Source of the DNA: Phoronis australis
Taxonomy: Eukaryota > Animalia > Phoronida
Assembly (NCBI GenBank): GCA_002633005.1
Contig: NMRA01000724.1
Location: 104,843 to 168,842 of the forward strand
DNA length: 64,000 nucleotides
Reading direction: 5' to 3'
Of the stretch, positions 50,478 through 64,000 are shown piece after piece. Numbering within the stretch: the first letter of the stretch is position 1; each line of letters opens with the position of its first letter. A model generated the notes under the pieces. That model searched no databases and was not told the DNA's origin. It saw only the letters and a program-made list of their open reading frames with translations. A program made the translations under genes and the position numbers.

Positions 50478-52843
50478 GGTTCGGGGGCTTCGATCGAACC
50501 CCCCGCGGTAAAGGTCCAGCCCCAGCCTATACGTTACAGAGAGGATATAGACGGATAACAACAACAACTGCAATAAAATTGTTGCAGCTACTGGTACTAC
50601 TAATTATAACCAACTAAGTTAGAAGAATTTGCTTCTGATTCAAAGCGCTTCGTGTAATCATCGGGCCCTACCCAGCCCCAGGGCCCAACTTCGCCCTAGT
50701 GGTGTTTGCACAGATGACAAGATAAGAGGAGGCTTTACGTCATTCACTGGCGTTGAACGTGCGTGGTTGCTACACCATTATCGTCGATAGTATCGTTGGC
50801 CAAACTGGTGAAAGTTACGCCGTTAAATTACGTGCGTAAGTTAATTCTTGAGTCATTAAGTAATTATTTACGGCATAAAGTAATTATTTGCTGCGTAAAG
50901 TGATTATTTTCGACTTAAAGTAATTATTTACGACTTAAAGTAATTATTTGCTCCCTAAAGTATTTATTTACGGTGTAAAGTAATTGGTTATGACGTAAAC
51001 TAATTATTACATTACGGCGTTAGAAGTAACTATTTGAGGCGCTGAAAGTTATTTTACGCCGCAAATAATTACTTTACGCCGCAAATAATTACTTTACGCC
51101 ACAAACAAATTCTTTACGCAGCAAGGAGGTTCTTGTTCCTGGATTCAGAAGTTACCCTGAACCATAGGGAAAAAAGACATACAACGAAAATGAATCAAAT
51201 TTTGAAAATCATCGCCTTCGCACGATTCCGTGTTGCTGTCGCCAGAGTGATGTTCCTCCCCAACATCAACTTCGAAAATCGACGTTACAAGTGATGGAAA
51301 CTTGTGTCCTTTGTTTCTAACTTTTAACCCATTTTTTAAGAAAGAGGTGTACTGATTTTGTCTAACGTTGATAGAAACAAACAGGGTCGCGTCGCACGTT
51401 AGTACACTTGTTTGCGTGACCGACTTTCCTGTTACCCCAATTCATTAGTCATTCTTTGCAGTATTTCACACGCGCCGTGTCTCACTGTGTTTGTCGTCAG
51501 CTTATACTCAGTGGTGGCATTACTGCGTCATTTTATCTTCACTTGGGAATGAAACAAGTATGTTTCGAAATATCGTGTGTCTTCTAATTATGTCGCTAGG
51601 TCAGTTACTGTATCTATGTTCAGTTGAGAGTAGAGCTTTGTTCAGAAAGTATGAACGCAACNGGTTCGGGGGCTTCGATCGAACCCCCCGCGGAAAAGGT
51701 CCAGCCCCAGCCTATACGTTACAGAGGAGGATATAGACGGATAACAACAACAACTGCAACAAAATTGTTGCAGCTACTGGTACTACTAATTATAACCAAC
51801 TGAGTTAGAAGCGCTGATTCAAAGCGCTTCGCGTAATCATCGGGCCCTACCCAGCACCAGGGCCCAACTTCGCCCGAGTTGTGTTTGCACAGATGACAAG
51901 ATAAGAGGAGGCTTTGCGTCATTCACTGGCGTTGAACGTGCGTGGTTGCTACACCATTATCGTCGATAGTATCGTTGGCCAAACCGGTGAAGTTACGCCG
52001 ATAAATTACGCGCGTAAGTTAATTCTTGAGTCGTAAAGTAATTATTTACGGCATAAAGTAATTATTTGCTGCGTAAAGTGATTATTTACGACTTAAAGTA
52101 ATTATTTGCGACTTAAAGTAATTATTTACGACTTAAAGTAATTATTTGCTCCCTAAAGTATTTATTTACGGTGTAAAGTAATTGGTTATGACGTAAACTA
52201 ATTATTACATTACGGCGTTAGAAGTAACTATTTGAGGCGCTGAAAGTTATTTTACGCCGCAAATAATTACTTTACGCCGCAAATAATTACTTTACGCCAC
52301 AAACAAATTCTTTACGCAGCAAGGAGGTTCTTGTTCCTGGATTCAGAAGTAACCCTGAACCATAGGGAAAAAAGACATACAACGAAAATGAATCAAATTT
52401 TGAAAATCATCGCCTTCGTACGATTCCGTGTTGCTGTCGCCAGACTGATGTTCCTTCCCAACATCAACTTCGAAAATCGACGTTACAAGTGATGGAAACT
52501 TGTGTCCTTTGTTTCTAACTTTTTTTAAGAAAGAGGTGTACTGATTTTGTCTAACGTTGATAGAAACAAACAGGGTCGCGCCGCACGTTACACTTGTTTG
52601 CGTGACTTTCCTGTTACCCCAATTCATTAGTCATTCTTTGCAGTATTTCACACGCGCCGTGTCTCACTGTGTTTGTCGTCAGCTTATACTCAGTGGTGGC
52701 ATTACTGCCTCATTTTATCTTCACTTGTGAATGAAACAAGTATGTTTCTAAATATCGTGTGTCTTTTAATTATGTCGCTAGGTCAGTTACTGTATCTATG
52801 TTCAGTTGAGAGTAGAGCTTTGTTCAGAAAGTATGAACGCAAC
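50478..52843 (+). repeat. ~1.18-kb direct duplication joined by a single N
   Basis: 50478-51661 and 51663-52843 are near-identical apart from substitutions and small indels. Each contains inverted arrays of ~21-bp AAAGTAATTATTT repeats. Confidence 0.9.
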
Positions 52844-52923
52844 GGAATAAAGACCGTGAACAATGAAAAGTGTCGTGCATTTAACAAATTCTGTATAACA
52901 GAAAACTTGCTCCCGAAGTACAG
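52772..52923 (+). pseudogene. N-terminal fragment of a Penelope-like retroelement ORF
   Basis: MSLGQLLYLCSVESRALFRKYERNGIKTVNNEKCRAFNKFCITENLLPKYS. The FN..C..ENLLPK[YF] motif is recalled from invertebrate Penelope-like ORF N-termini. Confidence 0.45.
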
Positions 52924-55900
52924 TCAGTTAACGTTGATAGAGCATAACTTTTGGTTTTTACAATGCATTAATTGTGTTGAATGCATTCATATTAGGTGGC
53001 TTCATTCAGTTGAACGGAAAATAAATTTAATGTAACACAATAAAGTTTTGAAAATAAATAGAACAGTAACAGGACTCCCTAAAAATTGAGCTGTTTTCGA
53101 AAACTTTGCGCCATTGGTGATCTGATTGGTTCATGCATTTATGGCGGGAAAATAATGGACCAAGTATCGTGCACGTGTACACTGTAGCAACACTTTGTAT
53201 CTTATTCTTATTTGGCCAATCTATTGATACAGTAAATTTCCTTATTTATGCCCATCCTGATTTGACTGCAACTTGACATTGTTGGGTTCTATCATATATT
53301 GGGTTGGCATTGGGACCCACATATGATGCTTACTCGAATGGGCTTCATTTTACCAAGTATTTCAAATTGAGGTGAAGTAAATAAACAAAGTGGGTGATTA
53401 TCATCACCAGAATTTCATCATTTTGCCGGGTGCTCAAATTTTCTGAGACTAGGGATTGTCAGATTTGTAAGGTAGAAGTGTTTCGCTGGATTTCCAGGTT
53501 TGTGGCGTTATTTATACCGGGCCAAAATTAAAAAAACAGACCTTTGTTTAAATCAGGAGCTGCATGATACACATTTATTAGACGTGCGCAGGCATTGCAC
53601 TGATCACTTGGAACCATTTTCATGGTTTATTAATATATAGTTGAACCAAGCTGAGGAGCTTGAAACCTGATTCACGGCAATTTTTGGCAGTGGGAAGTTT
53701 CCTGAAAAATGATCGTAAGTTGACAACAAAGTTTGAAAGCAATGCACTGCAGTTTTGTAGAAACTCTGTCATAGGTTACAGATTCGTCACAGAGCGTAAA
53801 TTGGATCATAGACTATAGCCGTGAATCAGGTGAAATTCTGTCTATAGTCTGGATGAATTCTAGTTTACGATTTCACCTGTTTCGGAGACCGGGTTTCACC
53901 CACTTTTGGACTATAAATTATAGTATAATAAGCGCCCCTTTCCTGAAGCGGATTTTTCTAAGCGCCCTGGCCGCTTAAAAGGCGAATACGGTAATATTTC
54001 AGAAGGGCAATACTTAGTATCCTTTATGCACGGGACCCTTTTGTTACATTAGGAGTGGGATTGGCTCATTATGTACCCTACAGGTGGCATAGGACTTTGC
54101 AAAACTGGTTGATGAATTTTGTTTTCGTAATAAACGTTCGTTTGAATGGCTTAAGTTTGGAAATGTTAGGACTTAAGGCAGAAATTTAAAAACCATTTGT
54201 CCGCTTACAAAAATTTAACATTGANAGAGAGAGAGAGAGAGAGAGAGAACGCTTTTATTTACATTACATTACATTATAATAATACATTGATTAAAATTTG
54301 ACTTCAATTAGGAGGCCTTCTAAAGGTTATTGACCGTTAATAAGAAGGTCCCCTGTACAAAATAAAAAAATGGAATGACCCGAGTCTTCACAAGTGGAGG
54401 AGTATTTTACATCGGAAGTAAACACTTGCGGAGGTCGGTTTTGTTTTTGTTTTCAAATTACATTGCAGTTGTATTCTTTGATAATTTGCAAAGGTGTAAA
54501 CAAAAATACTCCAAGTATATGGCCTTTGTGCTCATGATATACCTCGCATTTTGCATTCGACATAAGTAATTGGCTTGTAAAATGCACACTTGATCTATTC
54601 ATCAGTCTTACACAGTCGGTCACAAAGCCGATGTTTTGTTTATTTGACGCTGCATGGTTTTCGATACTTGCATTTGAAGACAATATGTTCATCTAATCAT
54701 GGCGGGGCCTCCTAAATCCGCCTATGCTAATTCCCGTGAATTCTGAAGGTGTTTCTTAAGTCAAGAGGTAGTTCTTGGTAAATGGAAATGTAATCCTATC
54801 AAGGTAAAAACTATAAGAACATTTTATAATTGTAAAGCGAGGCCGCATTTCATTTCTCACAGCTAAATGGTGTGCAATGAAGCCTAAAGTCAAAAACAGA
54901 ATGTACATGTAGGCTAATTTCAACATTCTGAACACCATAAAACTTAGTGTAAGAGGAAATATTGTATTTACCATCAGAGAAAACAACATAGAATTTGTAG
55001 TTTGCAGGTGATTCATTTTATTTTACTTTGTTTCATGACACATAAGAATCATCTTTAAGGATCTGTATTTCTAGATATATTGTTAGCGTTGATGATATAT
55101 TCAAAGCAGGCACCTGCAGAACAAACGAAGTCTCAAACAACTGAGGAAGAATAAAAATTATCATTGAATAATTTGACATAAAAATCTCATACACACTGAA
55201 TAGTGGACTATAGTCGGATATGGCATAACCTAACTTTTGAGAACCAGTTTGATGCCTATTATTCAGTGGAGAAACAAGTTCACAAAATGCGCCACATCTG
55301 ACTTAACCCTGTGTCTTATCCACGTGCAACTCGCAATTTTCAACCTGTTGCAACATGTTGAGTACAAATACAAATTTCGAAACCCACAAATATTGGACTT
55401 TATTATTTAGAAAGACAATGATGCCCACTATAGTGAACATTTTCAAAAGAATAGTTTTGCAATATAAATAATTACGTGCACACAACTAAGAGAATGGCAA
55501 GTCAATGAGTAACATGTTATTAAAGGTGTAGCTGACCTCTGACTGACATCTCAAATAAAGTTAAACATGTTTTTATTGAACAACATACTTTTCCTTGTTC
55601 GGTGGATGATGCTAAAGAGGGCTTCAAGTTATGCATTCAGCAGTGATTGCTCAAAACAACCAACCACCTTCCAAATGAACAACCCATCCCCTCAAAACAG
55701 ATGTATTTTTCCCTAAAATATAATTACAAATAATTTACACCAAAACAACAGCAACACTGAGTACTGAGAATGGATGTTGATTGTTATCAAATATTTACTA
55801 CTACTTGATGCAGAATATGTTAAAGAACTACATCAGTTGTGTTGTTGTCAACACTTTCCAACTTTTGAGCACTTTGGAAATAATCTGGCATCTAAACTGA

Positions 55901-56891
55901 TGCGAAAATAATAAACAAGACCAGTAGGTGACACAATACAACTTATCCATCTGAAAATAAAATAAGTACTGTAATCAAGATTTACAATGATTGGTGAAAC
56001 ACCTATAGATAAATAGTAATTATTAAACAACATTTTGTCAATCTTTAGTGGTAAACCCTGAATTCCTAAACCAAGTCCTTAGGAGTTTAAAACATCACCA
56101 ATATAGTTCTTGAGTCATTTGAATCGGGAATAGATCATTTTCACGTGTTAGTACCAAGCAGGCCAATTGTAAAATACAGTCAACATCAAAGAGAAGCTGC
56201 AAACAAAAAGACTATTCCAAATCATTAGAACAGCAACTGGATTAAAAAATACATAGTACTCACAATGTAAACACCAAGGAAAATATGATGAATTGTGGAT
56301 TGCAACCCACAACACAGGCAAAAAATTCCAGTGCTGTCCCCATCGAAACCATTTGCAATACATATGCAGTCACGCAGATAATAATTCACAGAATATGAAG
56401 AAATACCTATACAAAAGTTGGCGAAGGCAGTATCTATTGAAGCATGCTGTGTAATCCACGTAGTGTAAGTTGCCGTCCGTCAATGTCACCATCATAACCA
56501 GTGGCTCCACATGGTCTGTGTTGTACGTATATGATGCAGGTGCATGCTTTTTAAAATGTAGGTGAAGAAACAGACTATACAAACTAGGACACAAAACCTG
56601 AGCAAAATGACACTATCAATTCAAAACAAACACAAGGTGTGAGTGGGATTACCCCAGGAAACACAAGCAAAAAGAAAACTTGCCTATCGAGAATGTGGTG
56701 AACTACAATGGAGATTGTGCAAGTCATTGAAGCTAGCTAAGCAAGGAATTGATCAGATGCATGTGGCAGTGGGTCACTAGTACATTATATGTTATCGTAC
56801 ATACTTATGGATACAAAATACCTATATCCTATATTGAATTCACTTAGAAGAAGGAAATTTCAGATTAAATAAGGATTAGGATAAGGCATTT

Positions 56892-58293
56892 TTCTTTGCA
56901 GCTTCAACACGACTTAAATAAACTCAGCTATTGGTCACAAGAATGGAGAATGAATTTTAAACCAGAAAAAAGCGTTGACCTCACCTTCTCCAAATCTATT
57001 AATGCTCTCTTCCTTGTTGACCCGTCTTATGACCTTAAACTTAATGATGAAATCATTCCTAGAAAACAGTCGCACAGACATCTAGGTATACTGTTAGATG
57101 AAAAACTCTCATTCACCCCTCACGTTCGGGAGCTCGTACAAAAAACTCAGGAACTCATTAACCCACTTAAGCTCGTCTCTCGTCATCTGAATTCTACACA
57201 CTTGGAAGTTTTGTTCAAATCCTTTATACTTCCAGACATTGATTATTGTGATATTATATATCAGTCTGCCAATACGGGTGCACTCCAACATTTGGAGAAG
57301 TTACAATATCAAGCCGCCTTACTCATAACCGGAGCTTACAGGGGATCCAATAGTGTTAAGGTTTTGAATAGTCTCAAGTGGCCCAAACTGTCTACTCGAC
57401 GCAATCTTCACATGACCACATTTACGTTCAAGGTAATAAACAATGTCAACAACGTGTCTGTCAAAAAAATATTTGATCTATATATTAGACAAGGCCATCG
57501 TAGTGATTTGAGATTCTCCACCCCATATGCAATTCCTCCGTCGTTCAGTCAGGCATTCAGAAGGTCTACAGTCATGATGTGCATCAACAACTGGAATTCT
57601 CTTCCAGTCTCTGTTAAGGAAAGCAACTCTTTTACGAGTATAAAAAATAATTTTAGAACTGTTTTTCATAATTTTGATAACTCAACACCCTTGACTCAAT
57701 TCTCCCTTTCACGCGATAACGAAATAGCATTGTACAGATCAAGATGTGGCCTTTTCCTCAACTCTGACAAGTTCAGGCACAACTTTATTAATGTCTCTCC
57801 AAACTGTAAATGTGGTGTCCATCAATCGTATCCTCATATTTTTTAATGTCCCCTCATCGAATACCAGAGAGACTCACTCTTTCGTGCACTCAATGAAAAT
57901 CAATCAATTGTTAACGCTCTCAATTCTTGTAATAATATCCCCACTAGAGTTACATTATTATTGAATGGTAGTCCTAACCTTGACCTCGTTCTCAACGAAT
58001 TCCTCCTAAGCAACGTTAGTAAATTTTTATGTACTGTTTATCAATATTGTTGCATCTGATTTCCCCACATGAATCTGTACATATTTTTGTTTTTATATAT
58101 CTGTAATAGCCTATCTAAGTATTGGAATACTTATTTTAGATACTACTTAATTGTACATACCTCTATGTATATTAGTTTCATTTATGGATTGTTTACAACC
58201 CAGATATAATGCTTCGCGGTTTCTGGGTTTGTTATTATTTCTTTGTATGTTCTGTGTATCCATGAATAAATATATATCACTTTGAAAAAAAAA
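56892..58293 (+). mobile_element. 5'-truncated CR1/L2-group non-LTR retrotransposon (end of RT, thumb, C-terminal zinc knuckle)
   Basis: ORF 56896-57846: LQHDLNKLSYWSQEWRMNFKPEKS..HLGILLDEKLSFTPHV..FKSFILPDIDYCD. Continues past one in-frame stop (SPNCKCG..HIF*CPL) to 58059. AATAAA at 58265, poly-A, TSD GGATAAGGCATTT (56879-56891, 58294-58306). Confidence 0.92.
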
Positions 58294-59491
58294 GGATAAG
58301 GCATTTGTGCAAGCAGACCCAGAGCAGTCACGTGACAGGATTTTGTACAGGAAAGTCATTGTGTACACTGAGTTGTATTTGCTTTCAAAGTCTTCAAGAA
58401 ATGTCTTGGTAGTGATTTTATTCCAACAGAGACTGTGCACATAAAGAGGAATGTGGATCTATAGTGAAATACATACTTTCCAGAACTTGAATCTGATTTG
58501 ATTTTGTGTCTCACGGTCGCACTCACATTTACATATGTATATGGGATAATGCAGGTTATTAGCAAAAGCACACCAGATGATGGAGTTAATTGAAAGCAAG
58601 AAGTTTAAGGATATGCACAATATGCAGTGTGGTATATTAAAGCACTAGCAGGTATTCATTTGGTCACACACAAATTTACCTGACTGTCAGCTGTAATGAA
58701 CGAACACTTGTATGTTATTAGTCAGCATTTCCTCATTGACCAATTATAACGGTTATTTTTCTCTTATCAAAACATACGACATAGATGTCTCCCAAATAAT
58801 ACTAGAAGCATGAGTACACTAAATGTTTTTCAATCAGCTGCTCATGAATTCTTCACAACTCTGTCAATGTAACAGTTGCGACAACTCTCAGATATTGCCT
58901 TAAAACCCAAGCTCATATATGTACTCCCTCTATTGGTAGATAAGCCACCTCATCCTGGCTCTGTACTATATCGTACACATGTAAATATTTGTATATAGTC
59001 CCATTGTCGAAAACTATCACCTGTGCTAATGTTAACTAGTTATATCTTAAACCCAAACTTTTTACAAATGACAGTCCACTGTTATCTAAATTCAAATACA
59101 ACCTGTGTGTGGACTGTAAAATTCTGTGGCCAATTAAGTCATGTACAGTTACTACTGAGAGACTGCCAGTTCCTTGAAAGATCAAAGGGCAAGCAATAAG
59201 TGGCCTAAATCACAATTTAATTTTTTCAACAAACCCCAGAATTGGTAAGTGTAGGTATAGCCGGGTAAAGCGTATATTATAAATCAGGGCGTGGGTAGAT
59301 ACAACAAAAGAGACATTAGCACAAGTGCTACTTACAAATAGAAAATACATGTTTAGAAATTATTTATAGAGAGGTACATATGGAAGAAGACATACATGCG
59401 CAAAACATACATTACTATGTATACAAGCCATAGACAAAACCTAATGGTTGAGTTGTAAACGTACTTCTGTTAGCCACTCGCTGATGGGAAA

Positions 59492-59562
59492 TTGCCCACT
59501 GGCTGAATGGTTAAGCACCAGTTTTATGAGGGTTGCGGTTCGATACCCTGAGGTTGGGCAAA
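59492..59562 (+). repeat. Degenerate tRNA-derived (SINE head-like) sequence
   Basis: A box TGGCTGAATGG, B box GGTTCGATACC, flanking TTGCCCA/TGGGCAA stem. Confidence 0.45.
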
Positions 59563-60642
59563 CTCGGCTATAATTACAATTGCCAACATGATGCAAAACA
59601 CATGACATAACACTGAAACGGTTCTAGCACATTGTAACATCATTGACGCAGGCAATAATATGTTCCAGAGAAACACTTCAACTGAGATGTAATAATTTTA
59701 TGGACTCACACCCTCATTCTCATTTGAGATGTATCATGAAACCATATTTGAGAAGCAAAAATAGTAATCGATGAAGTATTCGACAGTTGTCAAGTATTTT
59801 AGATGAACATGGGAAAATAAATATGTTTATAATTGTTAAGAGTGATTTTTTTCAGTTGGCAAGTAATGAGGTAATTTAAAATAAAATGCTTAAATATGCT
59901 CGACATGCTGTTCTAAGCATGCCTTTCCACGGGGGAAAGTCAGATTTCATGGTTTTCTCCACAGCTGGCATTCGACATATTTTGCGCCATTTTCAATGCA
60001 AATAAACACCCCGTTGGGTGCATTTCAACGCTATGTGTTGCTCTTGTTAGTTTAGTCAAGTAAATAATATCGTTATTGCAATTATTATAGATTTTGCCGT
60101 GCGTTAAGAATAAAACATCTCGGTATATTGTAATTAAAGCTTGGCATACATTCAAGTTGTTCTCTCAAGACACAATTTTGATTGTAATACAAGTATTATT
60201 ACTAATTGCCACTGAACCGAGGGCTGCCGGTGTCGTGTCCAATAATGCATCCTGTCCAATAATGCATCCAGAGCCACTGCGCATGCGCTAGTTTTTCGGT
60301 TTCCGGTTTTTGCGCAATAGTGCATCCAAGCAGTCCGCTGGTTATTCGACTTATTATAAAAGCATCATTTGTGCCGCTTATGTTGTTTATTTTGGAAAAA
60401 GAGATAAAGGGAATGTCACTGATGTGTGTGAGTATCTTTCAAAGAGTGTTGAGCTTGAATTATTTTTAAATGTACAAATGTAGGAGATTTTGTTGGCTGG
60501 CACTGGCAGGGAAGCCTATGTGAGCTCGTCCTCGGGTTCTGATCGTCTCTAAAAGGCTCTAATACACTATATACTGCATGGTATGACATTCGGGACTACG
60601 AATTCCACTGGTACTTCACTTCAGCCGTGAGCTGAGACCCTG

Positions 60643-61752
60643 ACCACCTCTGTCCAATAATGCATCCACAGCCACTTCTGACTGCTTTATCAGATGGACG
60701 GATGCACTATTGTGCAATAACACCTCTGTCCAATAATGCATCCACAGCCACTTCTGGCTGCTTTATCCGATAAATGGATGCACTATTGTGCAATAACATC
60801 TCTGTCCAATAGTGCATCCACGGCCACTTCTGACTGCTTTATCCAATAGATGGATGCACTATTGTGCAACAACATCTGTGTCTAATAGTGCATCCACGGC
60901 CACTTCTGACTGCTTTATCCGATAGATGGATGCACTATTGTGCAATAACATCTCTGTCCAATAATGCATCCACAGCCATTTCTGACTGCTTTATCAGATG
61001 TACGGATGCACTATTGTGCAATAACACCTCTGTCCAATAATGCATCCACAGCCATTTCTGGCTGCTTTATTCGATAGATGGATGCACTATTGTGCAACAA
61101 CACCTCTGTCCAATAATGCATCCACAGCCACTTCTGACTGCTTTATCAGATGGACGGATGCACTATTGTGCAATAACACCTCTGTCCAATAGTGCATCCG
61201 CGGCCACATCTGACTGCTTTATCCAATAGATGGATGCACTATTGTGCAATAACATATCTGTCCAATAATGCATCCACAACCATTTCTGACTGCTTTATCA
61301 GATGTACGGATGCACTATTGTGCAATAACACCTCTGTCCAATAATGCATCCACAGCCTCTTCTGACTGCTTTATAGATGGATGCACTATTGTGCAATAAC
61401 ACCTCTGTCCAATAATGCATCCACAGCCACTTCTGACTGCTTTATCCGATGGACGGATGCACTATTGTGCAATACCATCTCTGTCCAATAGTGCATCCAC
61501 GGCCACTTCTGACTGCTCTATACGATAGATGGTTGCAGTATTGTGCAATACCATCTCTGTGCAATAATGCATCCATAGCTACTTCTGACTGCTTTATCGA
61601 ATGGACGGATGCACTATTGTGCAATACCATCTCTGTCCAATAGTGCATCCACGGCCACTTCTGACTGCTCTATACGATAGGTGGATGCACTATTGTGCAA
61701 TAACACCTCTGTCCAATAATGCATCCACAGCCATTTCTGACTGCTTTATCGA
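60643..61752 (+). repeat. 76-bp satellite array (~14.5 units)
   Basis: Unit caataacacctctgtccaataatgcatccacagccacttctgactgctttatcagatggacggatgcactattgtg. A short outlier with the same motif lies at 60235-60280. Confidence 0.95.
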
Positions 61753-61771
61753 ATGATAAGTGATAATAGAT

Positions 61772-62390
61772 AATGAGCACAACAGTTCAGTGCTAACTTT
61801 GATAGTAATATTGAAGTTCAGGGTGAACAAATTTCATATGAAAAAAGGAAGAGAGATGATATGTCTAACTGTAGTTCAACTTCAATTTTATTTTCCTCAA
61901 GTGCAATGCATAAAACACATCGTAGATGTGTAGACACTGGGTGCTGTGGTGTTGACGGGGTTGGTAAATGCCAAGTGTCCAACTAAGTGCATGGTAAACG
62001 TAAGTCATTCAAGATGGACAAACATGATTTATGATCTAACTGAACAGTTAAGAGAAATAAATGATAATAGGCCTAATTCATGGGATCATGTAACACTAAT
62101 GAACACAATAGTTCAGTGCTAACTTTGATAGTAAAGTTCAGGGCAAACAAATTTCATCTGGAAAAAGGATGAGGGTTGATATGTCTATCTGTAGTTAAAG
62201 TTCAATTTAAACATTTTATTTTCAGGTGGCAGAGACCTCAAGTGCAATCCATAAAAGACATCGTAGATGTAGACACTGACTGCCGTGCTGCTGATGGGGT
62301 TGGTAAATGCCAATTGTACAACTATGTGCATGGTAAACATAGGTCATTCAAGGTGGACAAACATGAATTATAATTTAACTGAACAGATAC
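61772..62390 (+). repeat. ~325-bp degenerate tandem duplication
   Basis: cacaa.agttcagtgctaactttgatagtaa..catcgtagatgt.gacactg..ggacaaacatga occurs from ~61775 and again from ~62101. Confidence 0.8.
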
Positions 62391-62703
62391 AAAACTCAAT
62401 AATGCATCCACGACAGTACCAATATTGCACAAATTTCTTCTGAAATGGTTCTGAGACTTATCTAAGAATTATAGTTCAGCTTCAGTTTAAACACTTTCTG
62501 TAAGTAAAAAATAACGGCATTTGTCTTGTATGTTAATGAATTAATATATTTACACATTGATTAATACTGTTTTGTTNCAGCACTCACCTTGCACGTTGCA
62601 GCCGTTTAAATGAAAAACAATCTAGTAAACGCCATTTTCCTGCATAATCCTCCACCTTTTGTAACAAAAAAGTCTATCGTCGATGACCCACACACGCACG
62701 CCC

Positions 62704-63642
62704 TCTAGGCTTTCATTAGACACTATGAATATGTTGTGTGCCAAATTTCATAGTTGTGCCCTTAATATTGTAGATTTTGGAAGCGATTTTGATTTGATAA
62801 TGGGCGAGAACTTCATATTTGGCCTGAGTCATGCTAGCTTTTTGGCTCTCATAGTCAGCCAAGTTTAAGGACAATTGTTGTTGTCTTCTAGATTTTCATT
62901 AGACACTATTAATATGTTGTGTGCAAAATTTCGTGATTGTGCTTTTGATATTGTGGATTTTGGAAGCGATTTTGCTTTGACTTTGCGTAAGAATGAGCGA
63001 GAATTTCATGTTTGGCCTGAGTTATGCTAGTATTTTGGCTCTCATAGTCAGCCAAGTTTAAAGACAATTGTTTTTGTCTTCTAGATTTCATGAGACACTA
63101 TGAATATGTTGTGTACCAAATTTCATGGTTGTGCTCTTGATATTGTAGATTATGGAAGCAATTTTGCTTTGAGAATGGTCGAGAATTTCATGTTTGGCCT
63201 GAGTTACGCTAGCTTTTTGGCTCTCATAGTCAGCCAAGTTTAAAGACAATTGTTTTTGTCTTCTAGATTTTCATTAGACACTATGAATATGTTGTGTGCA
63301 AAATTTCATGATTGTGCTCTTGATATTGTGGATTTTGGAAGCGATTTTGCTTTGAATTTGCATAAGAATGAGCGAGAATTTCATGTTTGGCCTGAGATAT
63401 GCTAGCTTTTTGGCTCTCATAGTCAGCCAAGTTTAAGGACAATTGTTGTTGTCTTCTAGATTTTCATTAGACACTATTAATATGTTGTGTGCAAAATTTC
63501 ATGATTGTGCTATTGATATTGTAGATTTTGGAAGCGATTTTGCTTTGACTTTGCATAAGAATGAGCAAGAATTTCATGTGTGGCCTGAGTTATGCCAGCT
63601 TTTTGGCTCTCATAGTCAGCCAAGTTTAAAGACAACTGTTGT
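62704..63642 (+). repeat. ~181-195-bp tandem repeat (5 units, alternating short/long)
   Basis: Units start near 62705, 62888, 63081, 63262 and 63457. Long units carry an extra ~10-bp ctttgcataa segment. Confidence 0.9.
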
Positions 63643-64000
63643 TGTGGCTGTGGATGCATTATGGCACAGAGGTGTTATTGCACAATAGTGCATCCAACTA
63701 TCGAATAAAGCAGTCAGAAGTGGCTGTGGATGCATTATTGGACAGAGGTGTTATTGCACAATAGTGCATCCGTCCATCTGATAAAGCAGTCAGAAGTGGC
63801 TGTGGATGCATTATTGGACAGAAGTGTTATTGCACAATAGTGCATCCATCTATCGCATAAAGCAGTCAGAAATGGCTGTGGATGCATTATTGGACAGAGG
63901 TGTTATTGCACAATAGTGCATCCGTCCATCTGATAAAGCAGTCAGAAGTGGCTGTGGATGCATTATTGGACAGAAGTGTTATTGCACAATAGTGCATCCA
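63643..64000 (-). repeat. 76-bp satellite array in inverted orientation (runs off the window)
   Basis: Reverse complement of the 60643-61752 unit. Confidence 0.95.

Noticed and set aside
55000-59500. Possible 3' UTR or intron of a minus-strand neighbour gene (strand-biased composition)
   Set aside because: No coding exon could be identified to support it.
60643-61752. CRISPR-like array
   Set aside because: Units are homogeneous tandem repeats without unique spacers, there are no cas genes, and the context is eukaryotic.

Overview
AT-rich, intron- and repeat-rich animal genomic DNA, probably from a marine invertebrate (inferred, not identified). The ORF track misses the main gene because it is split into short exons. 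Manual splicing of GT-AG exons from 1 to 45054 (+) gives the 3' part of a TNF-receptor-superfamily death receptor. Its parts are a TNFR cysteine-rich repeat (1-152), a transmembrane exon (8027-8167), a modular cytoplasmic linker of frame-preserving phase-1 cassettes (87 nt, three paralogous 90-nt exons, one of them with a dead donor, and a 24-nt microexon), and a death domain over three exons (36444-36527, 40132-40211, 44929-45054). The introns and downstream DNA hold many transposons with readable ends and target-site duplications (TSDs). These include a decayed 4.7-kb Kolobok (THAP transposase remnants plus a convergent KolX/P2X7-ballast-like gene), a fold-back THAP Kolobok, hAT5/hAT6-, IS3EU-, Harbinger- and pogo-like non-autonomous elements (one with a HIRAN-like remnant), Helentron/DINE-1-like elements, a solo LTR, an inverted tRNA-like pair, a 5'-truncated LINE and inverted 76-bp satellite arrays. 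All calls come from reading and translating by eye; no searches were run.
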